Source: the human T2T-CHM13v2.0 reference genome, Homo sapiens
DNA: 64,000 bases
Assembly (NCBI RefSeq): GCF_009914755.1
Contig: NC_060929.1
Reading direction: 5' to 3' (one strand)
A model generated the notes under the pieces. The model was not told where the DNA came from. It saw only the letters and a program-made list of their open reading frames with translations, and made no database searches. Positions 36,701-50,500 of this stretch are shown piece after piece. The translations under genes were made by a program, and so were the position numbers. Each line of letters starts with the position of its first letter. The stretch's first letter is position 1.

Positions 36701-38533
36701 CACTTGCAGATACTACAAAAATACCGTTTCAACACTGCTCTCTCCAATGGAAGGTTCAACTCTGTGAGTTGAATGCACACATCACAAAGCAGTTTCTGAG
36801 AATGCTTCTGTCTAGTCTAGTTAGAATGTGAAGATATCCCGTTTACAACGAATTCCTCCGAGAGCTCTAAATATCTGGAAGCAGATTCTACAAAAGCAGT
36901 GCTTCAAACCTGCTCTATCAAAGGAAAGGTTCAGCTCGGGGAATTGAACACAAACATCGCAAAGGAGTTTCTGAGAATGCTTCTGTCTAGTGTTTCTATG
37001 AAGATAATTCTTTTTCTACCATAGGCAACAATACGCTGCAAAGGAACACTTACAGATTTCACAAAAACTGTGTTTTAACACTGCTCTATCAAAACAAAGG
37101 TCCAAGTCTGTGAGTTGACTGCACACATCACAAAGCAGTTTCTGAGAATGATTCTGTCTAGCTTTTTATGTAACGATATTTTCTTTCCACCATAGGCAAC
37201 AAAGCACACGGAATGAAATCTTGCGGATTCTACAAAAAGTGTGTTTCAACACTGCTCTATCCAAAGAAAGGTTCGAGTCCGTGAGTTGAACGCACACAAC
37301 AGAAAGCAGTTTCTGAGGATGCTTCTGTCTGGTTTGTATGTGAAGTCATTTCCTTTTCCATCTAAATAGCCTCAAATGGCTAAAAGATCCACTTGCAGAT
37401 ACTACAAAAAGACTTTCAAAACTGCTCTCTCAAAAGGAAGGTTCAACTGTGTGAGTTGAATGCACACATCACATAGCAGTTTTTGAGAACGCTTCTGTCT
37501 AGTTTGTATGTGAAGAGATTCCATTTACAACGAATTCCTCAAAGAGCTCCAAATATCCACAAGCAGATTCTACAAAAGCAGTGTTTTGAAACTGCTCTAT
37601 CGATAGAAAGGTTCAACTCTGTTAATTGAACACACACATCCTAAGGAGTTTCTGAGAAACCTTCTGTCTAGTTTTTATTTGAAGATATTTCTTTTTCCAC
37701 CATACGCAACAAGGCGCTCCAAAGGAACTCTTGCGGATTCTACAAAAAGCGTGTTTCTACACTGCTCTATCAAAAGAAAGTTTCAAGTCTGTGAGTTGAA
37801 TTGCACACATCCCAGTGATCTTTTGGAAAATGCATGGGTCTACTTTTCATGTGAAGATACCCGTTTCCAACGAATTCTTCAAAGAGTTCCAAGTATCCAC
37901 AAGCAGATTCTACAAAAGGAGTGCTTAAATGCTGGTCTATCTAAAGACAGATTCAACTCTGTTAGTTAAATGCACACATCTCAGTGAAGTTCCTGAGAAT
38001 GCTTCTTTCTAGTTTTTATGTGAATATGTCTCCTTTTCCACCATAGGCTTCAAAGCGCTCCAAATGAGAACTGGCAGATCCTCATAAAAGACGGCCTCTA
38101 AACCGCTCTATCAAAAGAAGGGTTCCACTCCAAGAGGTGAATTCACATATCACGAAGAAGTTTCTGAGAATGCTTCTGTCCAATTTTTATGTGAGGATAT
38201 TCCCTTTTCCATCATAGGACTCAAGTCGCTCTAAATATCCAATTTCAGATACTACAAAAAGACTGTTTCAAAACCGCTCTCTCAAAGGGAAGGTTCAAGT
38301 CCGTGAGTTGAATGCACACATCACAAAGCAGTTCCTGAGAATGCTTCTGTCTAATTTGTATCTCAAGTTATTTCCTTTTCCATCATAGGCCTCAAATCGC
38401 TCCAAATATCCACTTGCAAATACTACAAAAAGACTGTTTCGAAAGTTCTCTCTCAAAAGGAAGGTTCAACTCTGTGAGTTGAATGCACACATCACAAGGC
38501 AGTTTCTGAAAATGCTTCCGTCTAGTTTTTTAT

Positions 38534-41500
38534 TTGAAGGTATTTCCTTTTCCTTCTTCGGCCTCAAATCACTGCAAATATCCACTTGCAGACACTACAA
38601 AAAGACTGTTTCAAAACCGCTCTCTCAAAAGGAAGGTTCGACTCTGTGAGTTGAATGCACACGTTACGAAGCAGTTTCTGAGAATGCTTCTGTCTATTTT
38701 TCAGGTGAAGATATCACTTTTTCCAACATACGTAAAAAAGTACTGGAAATGAACACTTGCAGATTCTACAAAAAGTATGTTTCAACACTGCTCTATCAAA
38801 AGAAAGGTTCAACGATGTGAATTGAACACACACATCACAAAGGAGTTTCAGAGAATGCTTCTGTCTAGTGTTTAAGTGACGACATTACCTTTTCCCACAT
38901 AGGCAACAAAGCGCTCCAAATGAATACTTGGGGGTTCTACAACAAGTGTGTTTCAACACTGCTCTATCAAAAGAAAGTTTCAAGTCTGTGAGTTGAATGC
39001 ACACATCACAACGAACTTTCTGAGAATGCTTGGGTCTACTTTTTATGTGAAGATACCCGTTTCCAACGAATAACTCAAAGAGTTCCAAATATACACAGTC
39101 AGATACTGCAAAAGGAGTGTTTCATTCCTGCTCTGTCAAAAGACAGTTTCAACTATGTTAGTTGAATGCACACATCTCAGTGAAGTTCCTGAGGAGGCTT
39201 CTGCCTAGTTTTTTGTGAAGATATTCCCTTTTCAACCATGGGCTTCACAGCGCTCCAAATGAAAACTTGCAGGTCCTACAAAAAGACTGATTCAAAACTG
39301 CTCTCTCAAAAGGAAGGTTCAACTGTGTGAGTTGAATGCACACATCACAAAGCAGTTCCTGAGAATGCTTCTGTCTAGTTTGTATGTGAAGATATTTCCT
39401 TTTCCATCATAGGCCTCAAATCGCTCCAAATATCCACTTGCAGATACTACAAAAATACCGTTTCAACACTGCTCTCTCCAATGGAAGGTTCAACTCTGTG
39501 AGTTGAATGCACACATCACAAAGCAGTTTCTGAGAATGCTTCTGTCTAGTCTAGTTAGAATGTGAAGATATCCCGTTTACAAAGAATTCCTCCGAGAGCT
39601 CTAAATATCTGGAAGCAGATTCTACAAAAGCAGTGCTTCAAACCTGCTCTATCAAAGGAAAGGTTCAGCTCCGGGAATTGAACACAAGCATCACAAAGGA
39701 GTTTCTGAGAATGCTTCTGTCTAGTGTTTCTATGAAGATAATTCTTTTTCTACCATAGGCAACAATACGCTGCAAATGAACACTTGCAGATTTCACAAAA
39801 ACTGTGTTTTAACACTGCTCTATCAAAACAAAGGTCCAAGTCTGTGAGTGGACTGCACACATCACAAAGCAGTTTCTGAGAATGATTCTGTCTAGCTTTT
39901 TATGTAACGATATTTTCTTTCCACCATAGGCAACAAAGCACACGGAATGAAATCTTGCGGATTCTACAAAAAGTGTGTTTCAACACTGCTCTATCCAAAG
40001 AAAGGTTCGAGTCCGTGAGTTGAACGCACACAACAGAAAGCAGTTTCTGAGGATGCTTCTGTCTGGTTTGTATGTGAAGTCATTTCCTTTTCCATCTAAA
40101 TAGCCTCAAATGGCTAAAAGATCCACTTGCAGATACTACAAAAAGACTTTCAAAACTGCTCTCTCAAAAGGAAGGTTCAACTGTGTGAGTTGAATGCACA
40201 CATCACATAGCAGTTTTTGAGAACGCTTCTGTCTAGTTTGTATGTGAAGAGATTCCATTTACAACGAATTCCTCAAAGAGCTCCAAATATCCACAAGCAG
40301 ATTCTACAAAAGCAGTGTTTTGAAACTGCTCTATCGATAGAAAGGTTCAACTCTGTTAATTGAACACACACATCCTAAGGAGTTTCTGAGAAACCTTCTG
40401 TCTAGTTTTTATTTGAAGATATTTCTTTTTCCACCATACGCAACAAGGCGCTCCAAAGGAACTCTTGCGGATTCTACAAAAAGCGTGTTTCTACACTGCT
40501 CTATCAAAAGAAAGTTTCAAGTCTGTGAGTTGAATTGCACACATCCCAGTGATCTTTCGGAAAATGCATGGGTCTACTTTTCATGTGAAGATACTCGTTT
40601 CCAACGAATTCTTCAAAGAGTTCCAAGTATCCACAAGCAGATTCTACAAAAGGAGTGCTTAAATGCTGGTCTATCTAAAGACAGATTCAACTCTGTTAGT
40701 TAAATGCACACATCTCAGTGAAGTTCCTGAGAATGCTTCTTTCTAGTTTTTATGTGAATATGTCTCCTTTTCCACCATAGGCTTCAAAGCGCTCCAAATG
40801 AGAACTGGCAGATCCTCATAAAAGACGGCCTCTAAACCGCTCTATCAAAAGAAGGGTTCCACTCCAAGAGGTGAATTCACATATCACGAAGAAGTTTCTG
40901 AGAATGCTTCTGTCCAATTTTTATGTGAGGATATTCCCTTTTCCATCATAGGACTCAAGTCGCTCTAAATATCCAATTTCAGATACTACAAAAAGACTGT
41001 TTCAAAACCGCTCTCTCAAAGGGAAGGTTCAAGTCCGTGAGTTGAATGCACACATCACAAAGCAGTTCCTGAGAATGCTTCTGTCTAATTTGTATCTCAA
41101 GTTATTTCCTTTTCCATCATAGGCCTCAAATCGCTCCAAATATCCACTTGCAAATACTACAAAAAGACTGTTTCGAAAGTTCTCTCTCAAAAGGAAGGTT
41201 CAACTCTGTGAGTTGAATGCACACATCACAAGGCAGTTTCTGAAAATGCTTCCGTCTAGTTTTTTATTTGAAGGTATTTCCTTTTCCTTCTTCGGCCTCA
41301 AATCACTGCAAATATCCACTTGCAGACACTACAAAAAGACTGTTTCAAAACCGCTCTCTCAAAAGGAAGGTTCGACTCTGTGAGTTGAATGCACACGTTA
41401 CGAAGCAGTTTCTGAGAATGCTTCTGTCTATTTTTCAGGTGAAGATATCACTTTTTCCAACATACGTAAAAAAGTACTGGAAATGAACACTTGCAGATTC

Positions 41501-44500
41501 TACAAAAAGTATGTTTCAACACTGCTCTATCAAAAGAAAGGTTCAACGATGTGAATTGAACACACACATCACAAAGGAGTTTCAGAGAATGCTTCTGTCT
41601 AGTGTTTAAGTGACGACATTACCTTTTCCCACATAGGCAACAAAGCGCTCCAAATGAATACCTGGGGGTTCTACAACAAGTGTGTTTCAACACTGCTCTA
41701 TCAAAAGAAAGTTTCAAGTCTGTGAGTTGAATGCACACATCACAACGAACTTTCTGAGAATGCTTGGGTCTACTTTTTATGTGAAGATACCCGTTTCCAA
41801 CGAATAACTCAAAGAGTTCCAAATATACACAGTCAGATACTGCAAAAGGAGTGTTTCATTCCTGCTCTGTCAAAAGACAGTTTCAACTATGTTAGTTGAA
41901 TGCACACATCTCAGTGAAGTTCCTGAGGAGGCTTCTGCCTAGTTTTTTGTGAAGATATTCCCTTTTCAACCATGGGCTTCACAGCGCTCCAAATGAAAAC
42001 TTGCAGGTCCTACAAAAAGACTGATTCAAAACTGCTCTCTCAAAAGGAAGGTTCAACTGTGTGAGTTGAATGCACACATCACAAAGCAGTTCCTGAGAAT
42101 GCTTCTGTCTAGTTTGTATGTGAAGATATTTCCTTTTCCATCATAGGCCTCAAATCGCTCCAAATATCCACTTGCAGATACTACAAAAATACCGTTTCAA
42201 CACTGCTCTCTCCAATGGAAGGTTCAACTCTGTGAGTTGAATGCACACATCACAAAGCAGTTTCTGAGAATGCTTCTGTCTAGTCTAGTTAGAATGTGAA
42301 GATATCCCGTTTACAAAGAATTCCTCCGAGAGCTCTAAATATCTGGAAGCAGATTCTACAAAAGCAGTGCTTCAAACCTGCTCTATCAAAGGAAAGGTTC
42401 AGCTCCGGGAATTGAACACAAGCATCACAAAGGAGTTTCTGAGAATGCTTCTGTCTAGTGTTTCTATGAAGATAATTCTTTTTCTACCATAGGCAACAAT
42501 ACGCTGCAAATGAACACTTGCAGATTTCACAAAAACTGTGTTTTAACACTGCTCTATCAAAACAAAGGTCCAAGTCTGTGAGTGGACTGCACACATCACA
42601 AAGCAGTTTCTGAGAATGATTCTGTCTAGCTTTTTATGTAACGATATTTTCTTTCCACCATAGGCAACAAAGCACACGGAATGAAATCTTGCGGATTCTA
42701 CAAAAAGTGTGTTTCAACACTGCTCTATCCAAAGAAAGGTTCGAGTCCGTGAGTTGAACGCACACAACAGAAAGCAGTTTCTGAGGATGCTTCTGTCTGG
42801 TTTGTATGTGAAGTCATTTCCTTTTCCATCTAAATAGCCTCAAATGGCTAAAAGATCCACTTGCAGATACTACAAAAAGACTTTCAAAACTGCTCTCTCA
42901 AAAGGAAGGTTCAACTGTGTGAGTTGAATGCACACATCACATAGCAGTTTTTGAGAACGCTTCTGTCTAGTTTGTATGTGAAGAGATTCCATTTACAACG
43001 AATTCCTCAAAGAGCTCCAAATATCCACAAGCAGATTCTACAAAAGCAGTGTTTTGAAACTGCTCTATCGATAGAAAGGTTCAACTCTGTTAATTGAACA
43101 CACACATCCTAAGGAGTTTCTGAGAAACCTTCTGTCTAGTTTTTATTTGAAGATATTTCTTTTTCCACCATACGCAACAAGGCGCTCCAAAGGAACTCTT
43201 GCGGATTCTACAAAAAGCGTGTTTCTACACTGCTCTATCAAAAGAAAGTTTCAAGTCTGTGAGTTGAATTGCACACATCCCAGTGATCTTTCGGAAAATG
43301 CATGGGTCTACTTTTCATGTGAAGATACCCGTTTCCAACGAATTCTTCAAAGAGTTCCAAGTATCCACAAGCAGATTCTACAAAAGGAGTGCTTAAATGC
43401 TGGTCTATCTAAAGACAGATTCAACTCTGTTAGTTAAATGCACACATCTCAGTGAAGTTCCTGAGAATGCTTCTTTCTAGTTTTTATGTGAATATGTCTC
43501 CTTTTCCACCATAGGCTTCAAAGCGCTCCAAATGAGAACTGGCAGATCCTCATAAAAGACGGCCTCTAAACCGCTCTATCAAAAGAAGGGTTCCACTCCA
43601 AGAGGTGAATTCACATATCACGAAGAAGTTTCTGAGAATGCTTCTGTCCAATTTTTATGTGAGGATATTCCCTTTTCCATCATAGGACTCAAGTCGCTCT
43701 AAATATCCAATTTCAGATACTACAAAAAGACTGTTTCAAAACCGCTCTCTCAAAGGGAAGGTTCAAGTCCGTGAGTTGAATGCACACATCACAAAGCAGT
43801 TCCTGAGAATGCTTCTGTCTAATTTGTATCTCAAGTTATTTCCTTTTCCATCATAGGCCTCAAATCGCTCCAAATATCCACTTGCAAATACTACAAAAAG
43901 ACTGTTTCGAAAGTTCTCTCTCAAAAGGAAGGTTCAACTCTGTGAGTTGAATGCACACATCACAAGGCAGTTTCTGAAAATGCTTCCGTCTAGTTTTTTA
44001 TTTGAAGGTATTTCCTTTTCCTTCTTCGGCCTCAAATCACTGCAAATATCCACTTGCAGACACTACAAAAAGACTGTTTCAAAACCGCTCTCTCAAAAGG
44101 AAGGTTCGACTCTGTGAGTTGAATGCACACGTTACGAAGCAGTTTCTGAGAATGCTTCTGTCTATTTTTCAGGTGAAGATATCACTTTTTCCAACATACG
44201 TAAAAAAGTACTGGAAATGAACACTTGCAGATTCTACAAAAAGTATGTTTCAACACTGCTCTATCAAAAGAAAGGTTCAACGATGTGAATTGAACACACA
44301 CATCACAAAGGAGTTTCAGAGAATGCTTCTGTCTAGTGTTTAAGTGACGATATTACCTTTTCCCACATAGGCAACAAAGCGCTCCAAATGAATACTTGGG
44401 GGTTCTACAACAAGTGTGTTTCAACACTGCTCTATCAAAAGAAAGTTTCAAGTCTGTGAGTTGAATGCACACATCACAACGAACTTTCTGAGAATGCTTG

Positions 44501-47500
44501 GGTCTACTTTTTATGTGAAGATACCCGTTTCCAACGAATAACTCAAAGAGTTCCAAATATACACAGTCAGATACTGCAAAAGGAGTGTTTCATTCCTGCT
44601 CTGTCAAAAGACAGTTTCAACTATGTTAGTTGAATGCACACATCTCAGTGAAGTTCCTGAGGAGGCTTCTGCCTAGTTTTTTGTGAAGATATTCCCTTTT
44701 CAACCATGGGCTTCACAGCGCTCCAAATGAAAACTTGCAGGTCCTACAAAAAGACTGATTCAAAACTGCTCTCTCAAAAGGAAGGTTCAACTGTGTGAGT
44801 TGAATGCACACATCACAAAGCAGTTCCTGAGAATGCTTCTGTCTAGTTTGTATGTGAAGATATTTCCTTTTCCATCATAGGCCTCAAATCGCTCCAAATA
44901 TCCACTTGCAGATACTACAAAAATACCGTTTCAACACTGCTCTCTCCAATGGAAGGTTCAACTCTGTGAGTTGAATGCACACATCACAAAGCAGTTTCTG
45001 AGAATGCTTCTGTCTAGTCTAGTTAGAATGTGAAGATATCCCGTTTACAAAGAATTCCTCCGAGAGCTCTAAATATCTGGAAGCAGATTCTACAAAAGCA
45101 GTGCTTCAAACCTGCTCTATCAAAGGAAAGGTTCAGCTCCGGGAATTGAACACAAGCATCACAAAGGAGTTTCTGAGAATGCTTCTGTCTAGTGTTTCTA
45201 TGAAGATAATTCTTTTTCTACCATAGGCAACAATACGCTGCAAATGAACACTTGCAGATTTCACAAAAACTGTGTTTTAACACTGCTCTATCAAAACAAA
45301 GGTCCAAGTCTGTGAGTGGACTGCACACATCACAAAGCAGTTTCTGAGAATGATTCTGTCTAGCTTTTTATGTAACGATATTTTCTTTCCACCATAGGCA
45401 ACAAAGCACACGGAATGAAATCTTGCGGATTCTACAAAAAGTGTGTTTCAACACTGCTCTATCCAAAGAAAGGTTCGAGTCCGTGAGTTGAACGCACACA
45501 ACAGAAAGCAGTTTCTGAGGATGCTTCTGTCTGGTTTGTATGTGAAGTCATTTCCTTTTCCATCTAAATAGCCTCAAATGGCTAAAAGATCCACTTGCAG
45601 ATACTACAAAAAGACTTTCAAAACTGCTCTCTCAAAAGGAAGGTTCAACTGTGTGAGTTGAATGCACACATCACATAGCAGTTTTTGAGAACGCTTCTGT
45701 CTAGTTTGTATGTGAAGAGATTCCATTTACAACGAATTCCTCAAAGAGCTCCAAATATCCACAAGCAGATTCTACAAAAGCAGTGTTTTGAAACTGCTCT
45801 ATCGATAGAAAGGTTCAACTCTGTTAATTGAACACACACATCCTAAGGAGTTTCTGAGAAACCTTCTGTCTAGTTTTTATTTGAAGATATTTCTTTTTCC
45901 ACCATACGCAACAAGGCGCTCCAAAGGAACTCTTGCGGATTCTACAAAAAGCGTGTTTCTACACTGCTCTATCAAAAGAAAGTTTCAAGTCTGTGAGTTG
46001 AATTGCACACATCCCAGTGATCTTTCGGAAAATGCATGGGTCTACTTTTCATGTGAAGATACCCGTTTCCAACGAATTCTTCAAAGAGTTCCAAGTATCC
46101 ACAAGCAGATTCTACAAAAGGAGTGCTTAAATGCTGGTCTATCTAAAGACAGATTCAACTCTGTTAGTTAAATGCACACATCTCAGTGAAGTTCCTGAGA
46201 ATGCTTCTTTCTAGTTTTTATGTGAATATGTCTCCTTTTCCACCATAGGCTTCAAAGCGCTCCAAATGAGAACTGGCAGATCCTCATAAAAGACGGCCTC
46301 TAAACCGCTCTATCAAAAGAAGGGTTCCACTCCAAGAGGTGAATTCACATATCACGAAGAAGTTTCTGAGAATGCTTCTGTCCAATTTTTATGTGAGGAT
46401 ATTCCCTTTTCCATCATAGGACTCAAGTCGCTCTAAATATCCAATTTCAGATACTACAAAAAGACTGTTTCAAAACCGCTCTCTCAAAGGGAAGGTTCAA
46501 GTCCGTGAGTTGAATGCACACATCACAAAGCAGTTCCTGAGAATGCTTCTGTCTAATTTGTATCTCAAGTTATTTCCTTTTCCATCATAGGCCTCAAATC
46601 GCTCCAAATATCCACTTGCAAATACTACAAAAAGACTGTTTCGAAAGTTCTCTCTCAAAAGGAAGGTTCAACTCTGTGAGTTGAATGCACACATCACAAG
46701 GCAGTTTCTGAAAATGCTTCCGTCTAGTTTTTTATTTGAAGGTATTTCCTTTTCCTTCTTCGGCCTCAAATCACTGCAAATATCCACTTGCAGACACTAC
46801 AAAAAGACTGTTTCAAAACCGCTCTCTCAAAAGGAAGGTTCGACTCTGTGAGTTGAATGCACACGTTACGAAGCAGTTTCTGAGAATGCTTCTGTCTATT
46901 TTTCAGGTGAAGATATCACTTTTTCCAACATACGTAAAAAAGTACTGGAAATGAACACTTGCAGATTCTACAAAAAGTATGTTTCAACACTGCTCTATCA
47001 AAAGAAAGGTTCAACGATGTGAATTGAACACACACATCACAAAGGAGTTTCAGAGAATGCTTCTGTCTAGTGTTTAAGTGACGATATTACCTTTTCCCAC
47101 ATAGGCAACAAAGCGCTCCAAATGAATACTTGGGGGTTCTACAACAAGTGTGTTTCAACACTGCTCTATCAAAAGAAAGTTTCAAGTCTGTGAGTTGAAT
47201 GCACACATCACAACGAACTTTCTGAGAATGCTTGGGTCTACTTTTTATGTGAAGATACCCGTTTCCAACGAATAACTCAAAGAGTTCCAAATATACACAG
47301 TCAGATACTGCAAAAGGAGTGTTTCATTCCTGCTCTGTCAAAAGACAGTTTCAACTATGTTAGTTGAATGCACACATCTCAGTGAAGTTCCTGAGGAGGC
47401 TTCTGCCTAGTTTTTTGTGAAGATATTCCCTTTTCAACCATGGGCTTCACAGCGCTCCAAATGAAAACTTGCAGGTCCTACAAAAAGACTGATTCAAAAC

Positions 47501-50500
47501 TGCTCTCTCAAAAGGAAGGTTCAACTGTGTGAGTTGAATGCACACATCACAAAGCAGTTCCTGAGAATGCTTCTGTCTAGTTTGTATGTGAAGATATTTC
47601 CTTTTCCATCATAGGCCTCAAATCGCTCCAAATATCCACTTGCAGATACTACAAAAATACCGTTTCAACACTGCTCTCTCCAATGGAAGGTTCAACTCTG
47701 TGAGTTGAATGCACACATCACAAAGCAGTTTCTGAGAATGCTTCTGTCTAGTCTAGTTAGAATGTGAAGATATCCCGTTTACAAAGAATTCCTCCGAGAG
47801 CTCTAAATATCTGGAAGCAGATTCTACAAAAGCAGTGCTTCAAACCTGCTCTATCAAAGGAAAGGTTCAGCTCCGGGAATTGAACACAAGCATCACAAAG
47901 GAGTTTCTGAGAATGCTTCTGTCTAGTGTTTCTATGAAGATAATTCTTTTTCTACCATAGGCAACAATACGCTGCAAATGAACACTTGCAGATTTCACAA
48001 AAACTGTGTTTTAACACTGCTCTATCAAAACAAAGGTCCAAGTCTGTGAGTGGACTGCACACATCACAAAGCAGTTTCTGAGAATGATTCTGTCTAGCTT
48101 TTTATGTAACGATATTTTCTTTCCACCATAGGCAACAAAGCACACGGAATGAAATCTTGCGGATTCTACAAAAAGTGTGTTTCAACACTGCTCTATCCAA
48201 AGAAAGGTTCGAGTCCGTGAGTTGAACGCACACAACAGAAAGCAGTTTCTGAGGATGCTTCTGTCTGGTTTGTATGTGAAGTCATTTCCTTTTCCATCTA
48301 AATAGCCTCAAATGGCTAAAAGATCCACTTGCAGATACTACAAAAAGACTTTCAAAACTGCTCTCTCAAAAGGAAGGTTCAACTGTGTGAGTTGAATGCA
48401 CACATCACATAGCAGTTTTTGAGAACGCTTCTGTCTAGTTTGTATGTGAAGAGATTCCATTTACAACGAATTCCTCAAAGAGCTCCAAATATCCACAAGC
48501 AGATTCTACAAAAGCAGTGTTTTGAAACTGCTCTATCGATAGAAAGGTTCAACTCTGTTAATTGAACACACACATCCTAAGGAGTTTCTGAGAAACCTTC
48601 TGTCTAGTTTTTATTTGAAGATATTTCTTTTTCCACCATACGCAACAAGGCGCTCCAAAGGAACTCTTGCGGATTCTACAAAAAGCGTGTTTCTACACTG
48701 CTCTATCAAAAGAAAGTTTCAAGTCTGTGAGTTGAATTGCACACATCCCAGTGATCTTTCGGAAAATGCATGGGTCTACTTTTCATGTGAAGATACCCGT
48801 TTCCAACGAATTCTTCAAAGAGTTCCAAGTATCCACAAGCAGATTCTACAAAAGGAGTGCTTAAATGCTGGTCTATCTAAAGACAGATTCAACTCTGTTA
48901 GTTAAATGCACACATCTCAGTGAAGTTCCTGAGAATGCTTCTTTCTAGTTTTTATGTGAATATGTCTCCTTTTCCACCATAGGCTTCAAAGCGCTCCAAA
49001 TGAGAACTGGCAGATCCTCATAAAAGACGGCCTCTAAACCGCTCTATCAAAAGAAGGGTTCCACTCCAAGAGGTGAATTCACATATCACGAAGAAGTTTC
49101 TGAGAATGCTTCTGTCCAATTTTTATGTGAGGATATTCCCTTTTCCATCATAGGACTCAAGTCGCTCTAAATATCCAATTTCAGATACTACAAAAAGACT
49201 GTTTCAAAACCGCTCTCTCAAAGGGAAGGTTCAAGTCCGTGAGTTGAATGCACACATCACAAAGCAGTTCCTGAGAATGCTTCTGTCTAATTTGTATCTC
49301 AAGTTATTTCCTTTTCCATCATAGGCCTCAAATCGCTCCAAATATCCACTTGCAAATACTACAAAAAGACTGTTTCGAAAGTTCTCTCTCAAAAGGAAGG
49401 TTCAACTCTGTGAGTTGAATGCACACATCACAAGGCAGTTTCTGAAAATGCTTCCGTCTAGTTTTTTATTTGAAGGTATTTCCTTTTCCTTCTTCGGCCT
49501 CAAATCACTGCAAATATCCACTTGCAGACACTACAAAAAGACTGTTTCAAAACCGCTCTCTCAAAAGGAAGGTTCGACTCTGTGAGTTGAATGCACACGT
49601 TACGAAGCAGTTTCTGAGAATGCTTCTGTCTATTTTTCAGGTGAAGATATCACTTTTTCCAACATACGTAAAAAAGTACTGGAAATGAACACTTGCAGAT
49701 TCTACAAAAAGTATGTTTCAACACTGCTCTATCAAAAGAAAGGTTCAACGATGTGAATTGAACACACACATCACAAAGGAGTTTCAGAGAATGCTTCTGT
49801 CTAGTGTTTAAGTGACGACATTACCTTTTCCCACATAGGCAACAAAGCGCTCCAAATGAATACCTGGGGGTTCTACAACAAGTGTGTTTCAACACTGCTC
49901 TATCAAAAGAAAGTTTCAAGTCTGTGAGTTGAATGCACACATCACAACGAACTTTCTGAGAATGCTTGGGTCTACTTTTTATGTGAAGATACCCGTTTCC
50001 AACGAATAACTCAAAGAGTTCCAAATATACACAGTCAGATACTGCAAAAGGAGTGTTTCATTCCTGCTCTGTCAAAAGACAGTTTCAACTATGTTAGTTG
50101 AATGCACACATCTCAGTGAAGTTCCTGAGGAGGCTTCTGCCTAGTTTTTTGTGAAGATATTCCCTTTTCAACCATGGGCTTCACAGCGCTCCAAATGAAA
50201 ACTTGCAGGTCCTACAAAAAGACTGATTCAAAACTGCTCTCTCAAAAGGAAGGTTCAACTGTGTGAGTTGAATGCACACATCACAAAGCAGTTCCTGAGA
50301 ATGCTTCTGTCTAGTTTGTATGTGAAGATATTTCCTTTTCCATCATAGGCCTCAAATCGCTCCAAATATCCACTTGCAGATACTACAAAAATACCGTTTC
50401 AACACTGCTCTCTCCAATGGAAGGTTCAACTCTGTGAGTTGAATGCACACATCACAAAGCAGTTTCTGAGAATGCTTCTGTCTAGTCTAGTTAGAATGTG

